Assembly (NCBI GenBank): GCA_018396725.1
Contig: JAGTRC010000005.1
Span: 15,149 to 79,148, forward strand
DNA length: 64,000 nt
Reading direction: 5' to 3'
Source of the DNA: Candidatus Bathyarchaeota archaeon
GTDB taxonomy: Archaea; Thermoproteota; Bathyarchaeia; 40CM-2-53-6; DTGE01
In this document: piece after piece, positions 59,766 through 64,000 of the stretch
How positions within the stretch are numbered: position 1 is the first letter of the stretch
Layout: every line of letters begins with the position of its first letter
Notes under the pieces: model-generated
Databases searched by the model: none
What the model was told of the DNA's origin: nothing
The model's input: only the letters and a program-made list of their open reading frames with translations
Position numbers and translations under genes: made by a program

Positions 59766-60437
59766 CTATCCCCTCAACCCAGCCCAGCCTATCCGTTCGG
59801 CGAGGCCCCTGAGAATCCCCAGTATCTCCATCCTATACTTGGCTGCGACCATGCCTATAACCCAGCCTGTCAACCCGCCTGCGACGACGTCTAAGGGCCA
59901 GTGAACACCGAGGTATATCCTGCTCAGGGATACCGTGAAGGCTAGGGGGTAGAGTATGAGCCTCCTCCTCCGGGTGGCTCCTAGGACCGCGGCCGCCGAG
60001 AAGACGTTCTTGGCGTGGCCGCTGGGGAAGCTGGGTCCTCCCTCAACCTCCAGGACCCTGGCGGGGACCATGTGGAACGGCCTAGCCCTGGGGAGGAAGA
60101 CCTTCAAGGGCAGGAACAATAAGCCGCCGACGACGACCGCTGAGGCCAACAGGGCGGCGTCGCCCCTCCTCCCCGAGAGCCAGAGCAGGGCCGAGAGGAG
60201 GAGCCAGAAGAGCGTGGATCCTAGATGAGTCAAGACCCATAGGGGCCCGTCAAGCCAGTTTGAGGCTAAACCCTGGTTGAGGAACATGAAGGCCTTCAGG
60301 TCCCACTCGGATATTGGCGGGGGGAGAAGCTGGTTTGTGGGATCCAACCTTTTCAGGTAGATCTCATCGATGAACTCTACACCTAGACATAATGCGATGA
60401 AGAGCAGCGATGAGGCTAAAGCCTTGATCCTATCCAT
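59766..60437 (-). CDS. PAP2 family phosphatase
   Basis: K...RARP, SFPSGH, SRIYLGVHWPLDV. Confidence 0.94.
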   Translation of the reverse strand: MDRIKALASSLLFIALCLGVEFIDEIYLKRLDPTNQLLPPPISEWDLKAFMFLNQGLASNWLDGPLWVLTHLGSTLFWLLLSALLWLSGRRGDAALLASAVVVGGLLFLPLKVFLPRARPFHMVPARVLEVEGGPSFPSGHAKNVFSAAAVLGATRRRRLILYPLAFTVSLSRIYLGVHWPLDVVAGGLTGWVIGMVAAKYRMEILGILRGLAERIGWAGLRG

Positions 60438-60692
60438 TATTCCCCTGTTCCCCAGCCTTTCCCTCGATGCTCGTCTATCTAATTCCCATCTTGATTAGGG
60501 GTAGGGGCCTTATCAATGCTTCCTAAGATAGGTGATTGCCGGGATTATGGGATGCCGGGATGGAGGCTAAATCTGAAAATGCTACGCGGAGCCGGGCGGA
60601 ACCAATCCTCCTTGAACGTGATCATCCGCCTAAACGCCGTCTCTGCTTGGAATCGTCCACGACGGGCTGGATCTACGCAGATTTCTGAAGGT

Positions 60693-61154
60693 TCAGGATA
60701 TGGCGTGTAATGGTTGAATCTTGAACTCGGATTTTTTCTTCTTGAGGAACTCCTGGAATTCCTCCTCCCTGCTCAGATCCTGGATATCCTTATCCTCGGT
60801 TATCAGGATCTCGCTTCGAGCCATAGCTGATGAGAGGATCAGGCAGTCTATGAAGTCGCTCAGCATCCTTCTTAACTCGAGGGCTGTAAGTAGGATGGAG
60901 CTGTCATGGATCGGAATCCTCGTTATCCTCTCATCGTGGAGTATCGCCCTTATCCCCCTACACACCCTTTCGGCGTCGAGTCTTCCGAGGACGGCATGTT
61001 TGGCGCCTATGGCTGAAAGCTCGAAGATCGTAATGTCGCTTATGGAGATCTGATATCCCCTCTTGATCAGCTTTATCATGGTATCTCTCGGGAAATCTTT
61101 AATTGAAACCCCTATTATTGGGAGCAGATAGCTGGTGTCTAATAGAAGCTTCAA
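60693..61154 (-). CDS. VapC PIN-domain toxin
   Basis: LLDTSYLLP, TIFEL, DFIDC, LITED. Confidence 0.92.
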   Translation of the reverse strand: MKLLLDTSYLLPIIGVSIKDFPRDTMIKLIKRGYQISISDITIFELSAIGAKHAVLGRLDAERVCRGIRAILHDERITRIPIHDSSILLTALELRRMLSDFIDCLILSSAMARSEILITEDKDIQDLSREEEFQEFLKKKKSEFKIQPLHAIS

Positions 61155-61384
61155 GATTCAGCGCTCCTTGAAAGCTCTCTCCTGAAGCTGTGGAACTCTT
61201 CTAGGCTTATCTCGATCGAGGGATCTTCCCCTAAAACCTCTTCTAGGGTGGGGATGGCCTCGACTATGAGCCTTCCCCCCTCGACCTTATAGATAACCTT
61301 CTTGTGGGGGGTGAGTCCAAGTTTCTCCCTTATCTCCTTAGGGGGGAAGAGTTCACCCTTCGAACCTACCCGACTTTCCGGCAT
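61151..61384 (-). CDS. AbrB/MazE-family antitoxin
   Basis: SRVGSKGELFPPKEIREKLGL. Confidence 0.9.
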   Translation of the reverse strand: MPESRVGSKGELFPPKEIREKLGLTPHKKVIYKVEGGRLIVEAIPTLEEVLGEDPSIEISLEEFHSFRRELSRSAES

Positions 61385-61541
61385 TTCTCAATCTACCAGA
61401 TAAAAAATTATTATTCGACTAATTTAAATATTTCGAATATTCCTGTAGGTGCAGGTTCTTCTATGAATTAAGACCTCTGAGGGGGCATAAGAAATTCTTA
61501 TAAGGGCTGAGCAGCCAAAAATACATACTCGTTATCGTTGG

Positions 61542-62549
61542 ATGGTGAAGTTGAAGGCTCCAACGATCATATACCTGATCGTTCTATGCTCGATTCTCTG
61601 TCTAGCATCCGTCTACGGCTACACGTCCAAAGAGGTTACGCTATACCCGATAGCGGACTCATACGTGGACTCGTTGAACCCAGACAACAATTACGGCGGT
61701 TCATCCAGCCTATTCGCCGAATATGGGGTAGCGGACGACTTTCAATATATAAGAAATGCATATATCATGTTCGATTTGGCCGGGCTGCCCCAGGGGACGA
61801 TCGTAGAGTCGGCAACTTTGACGGTCTACGTTTTCTACGTTAGTTCGACGATGAAGGTTTACCTCCACTTCTGCCAGGACGGCTCTTGGGGGGAGCTTGA
61901 GATAAATTGGCGGAACGCCCCGAGATACGTCGATAAGCCGGTAGGCACGGTCCTTATGGCTAAGTCGATGGAGTTCTACCCGATAGACGCGACCGAGGCG
62001 GTTAGACAGGCCTTGTCCAAAGGCTTAAGTAGGGTTACCCTGGTGGTGACCACAGAGCTTAAGACCGGCTTATTTGAAGGCATCCAATTCGATTCGAGAG
62101 AGTCGGCGATCGGAGAGTATTGGCCGAAGCTTAGGATCGTCTACTCGGTTGGAGCCTCAACCACGAGGACTGCTACCGAAACTATGAGCGGGACCGTTGG
62201 GACGCCGGTCTCCACGGCGACCCTGGTGCGGACGATGTGGGCCACAGCGACGGAGACAGTTACAAAGATGGAGACCCTTAGGGAGTCCTTCTACTTCACG
62301 GTTACGAGGCGGGCGGAAGCGCCATCCCCAAGCTTCATGGCTGCAGCCTTCGCCGCGGGCGCAGCCGTAGGCGTCCTAGCCACACATCTAATCAAGCCAA
62401 AACATTTGAAGACCAAGCCCCCGCTCGGAGAGGCCCCAGAAGCCTCTGAGTTAGGCGTTATGCATTGCCCGCATTGCGGTGGGGAATTAAGGTCCTTGGG
62501 CGCCACGGGGAAGAGCATATGCCCCAGATGCGGCAGGATCTACGGATGA
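61542..62549 (+). CDS. Surface protein with DNRLRE/CBM96-like domain, Thr-rich linker, TM and cytoplasmic Zn ribbon
   Basis: ADSYV..NPDNNYG, YIMFDL, SATL, INWRNAP, FDSRE..PKL; CPHC..CPRC. Confidence 0.8.
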   Translation: MVKLKAPTIIYLIVLCSILCLASVYGYTSKEVTLYPIADSYVDSLNPDNNYGGSSSLFAEYGVADDFQYIRNAYIMFDLAGLPQGTIVESATLTVYVFYVSSTMKVYLHFCQDGSWGELEINWRNAPRYVDKPVGTVLMAKSMEFYPIDATEAVRQALSKGLSRVTLVVTTELKTGLFEGIQFDSRESAIGEYWPKLRIVYSVGASTTRTATETMSGTVGTPVSTATLVRTMWATATETVTKMETLRESFYFTVTRRAEAPSPSFMAAAFAAGAAVGVLATHLIKPKHLKTKPPLGEAPEASELGVMHCPHCGGELRSLGATGKSICPRCGRIYG

Positions 62550-62745
62550 AGAGCCTCATCCTCAGCCGGTCAATTCAACCCTTCCTCAGCCCTGCCAGAG
62601 GCTCAACCGCTGGGGAACCCGTTTTCGCTGGACGAAAGCCTCCGTCTCCTTTATTGATAGTCGGTCGGCGGGGATGGAGTGTGCAGGGCTGATGGGTGGA
62701 AATTTAAAAAACTCGGATTTTTCGATGCTATGTCCAGGGGTGGGC

Positions 62746-62973
62746 TTAGAAGATCCTCTTCTTCGGCGGGGTCGTCGGGAAGTACACTTTGCATCTATTG
62801 CAGTACCAGTAGGTTAGGGCTGGTATCCAATCCAATGTGTGGCCGCAGTAGGGGCAGAAGCGGTCGCGTACATAGTAGATGGAGGGTGCGGGGATCACCA
62901 GGGGAACCACCACGTACGGCGCGGGCACGTAATATACCGGTGAAAGCTCCACATACACTTTTAAAGCCTCCAA
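62746..62973 (-). CDS. Small Pro/Tyr-rich Zn-ribbon protein or fragment
   Basis: FCPYCG..L.WI....WYCNRC. Confidence 0.5.
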   Translation of the reverse strand: MEALKVYVELSPVYYVPAPYVVVPLVIPAPSIYYVRDRFCPYCGHTLDWIPALTYWYCNRCKVYFPTTPPKKRIF

Positions 62974-63144
62974 ATATGATTTCCTATATTTACCAATAAA
63001 AGGATTACCCTCGCCCTCTAGATAAACCTGGTGATTTATGGTTAATGGTTCGCCTCATGGCAGGGATGGATCCGCCGTGGGTCTCTCCCCCTTAGGGTTG
63101 GGGGCGACGGGCGTCCCTGGATCGGCTGGGCTTCGAGTGATTCC

Positions 63145-63999
63145 TTAGGGGATCCCAGCCTTAGCGGAGAGCTTCAGGGCCCTGAGGTGGGCGGATATTA
63201 TGGATTCCCTTATCACCTCTTTATCCGGGTATTCGGCTTCTACTGCGAGCTGCCTGGCTTCGCGGTAGGCCCTGGCTATTATGATGGGTAGGGACTCCCT
63301 GGTGGGTATGTGGGCGTTGACGGCTAGGCTTAGGGCCTTGGAGGCCGCCTCCATGATCTGCCTTTTGTACTCCTCCAGGTCCAGCGTTAAGTCTTCGCCC
63401 GTGATTATTGTCCCGTTGGAGTAGGCGGAGATCAGGGATAGCCCCGCCTCTACGGGTTTTATACCGAGCCTGGATAGGAGGGATGCCAGCCTCGGCGATA
63501 TGACTTCGCCCTTCCTGGCCGCCACGGTGTCCATGGTTATCCATATGGTGCCGGAGTCTATCTTTGTGGGTATCTTCACGGCGCCGAACTCGCTTATTAT
63601 GGGGCCCGGGGGTATCCCGGTGTTTCCCGCCGGGACCACTATGTCGGACTCGGCTACGTCCCCTCCCTTGGCTTCAACCCTGACCTTGCTCCTCCGTACG
63701 AGGAGGGAGAGCTTGAATGGATCCATGCTGGTGAACAGGAGGAGGGCGCCGCCCTTTATGGAGTCTATGAGCCCCTTCAGGTTGGGCTTCTCCCCTTCGA
63801 GCTCCTCGGCGGCCTTCCTGGCGAGGGTCTTCTTTATAACCATCATCTCCGCATGGTTTCTCAGCCTCCTCCGGATCTCGTGGAGCATGGCCGACCTCGC
63901 CTTGGAGAGCTCCGCTGCCGCCACCACGGGGTACCTCCTGAAATACCCTTTTAGGCGTTCGACGACCTCCCTCTTCCATTCGGGGGGCTCCCTGCGCAG
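63145..63999 (-). CDS. rpl10: 50S ribosomal protein uL10 (aP0), 5' truncated by window edge
   Basis: PEWKREVVERL, GNTGIPPGPII, IPTKI, LGIKP and three C-terminal spine helices. Confidence 0.96.
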   Translation of the reverse strand: MRREPPEWKREVVERLKGYFRRYPVVAAAELSKARSAMLHEIRRRLRNHAEMMVIKKTLARKAAEELEGEKPNLKGLIDSIKGGALLLFTSMDPFKLSLLVRRSKVRVEAKGGDVAESDIVVPAGNTGIPPGPIISEFGAVKIPTKIDSGTIWITMDTVAARKGEVISPRLASLLSRLGIKPVEAGLSLISAYSNGTIITGEDLTLDLEEYKRQIMEAASKALSLAVNAHIPTRESLPIIIARAYREARQLAVEAEYPDKEVIRESIISAHLRALKLSAKAGIP

Positions 64000-64000
64000 C

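Noticed and set aside
557-63979. Many antisense and alternative-frame ORFs overlapping recognised genes
   Set aside because: Shadow ORFs expected at high GC; no motifs and fully overlapped by well-supported genes

Overview
Chromosomal window of a GC-rich archaeon of the TACK type. Bathyarchaeia-like affinity is my inference from gene content, not a database result. Core clusters: rio1-dim2(KH)-top6B-top6A, ABCE1, KEOPS (kae1, bud32, pcc1) with rdgB, rps15 and a DHH nuclease, aIF2-gamma-PIN-rpoE1-spt4, glyA, Sec61beta and uL10 (partial). Other loci: a DtxR-regulated Zn/Mn ABC importer with a clear operator, a PAC2-Hsp20-JAMM proteostasis cluster, a second ABC importer plus DUF47, and EtfB with a ferredoxin-fused EtfA. 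About 6.4-20.9 kb is an accessory island dense in VapBC and MNT-HEPN toxin-antitoxin modules, several decayed. It also holds a frameshifted A32-like (virus packaging-type) ATPase relic. A tRNA-Pro(UGG) with two introns (15/16 and 37/38) borders an integrase remnant and an AT-rich TA patch. The most novel-looking signals, all missed by the ORF track, are a 20-codon Glu/Trp micro-ORF with a strong Shine-Dalgarno just upstream of ABCE1 and several intergenic segments that fold into closed multi-stem structures. No CRISPR array, rRNA or intact transposase was seen.
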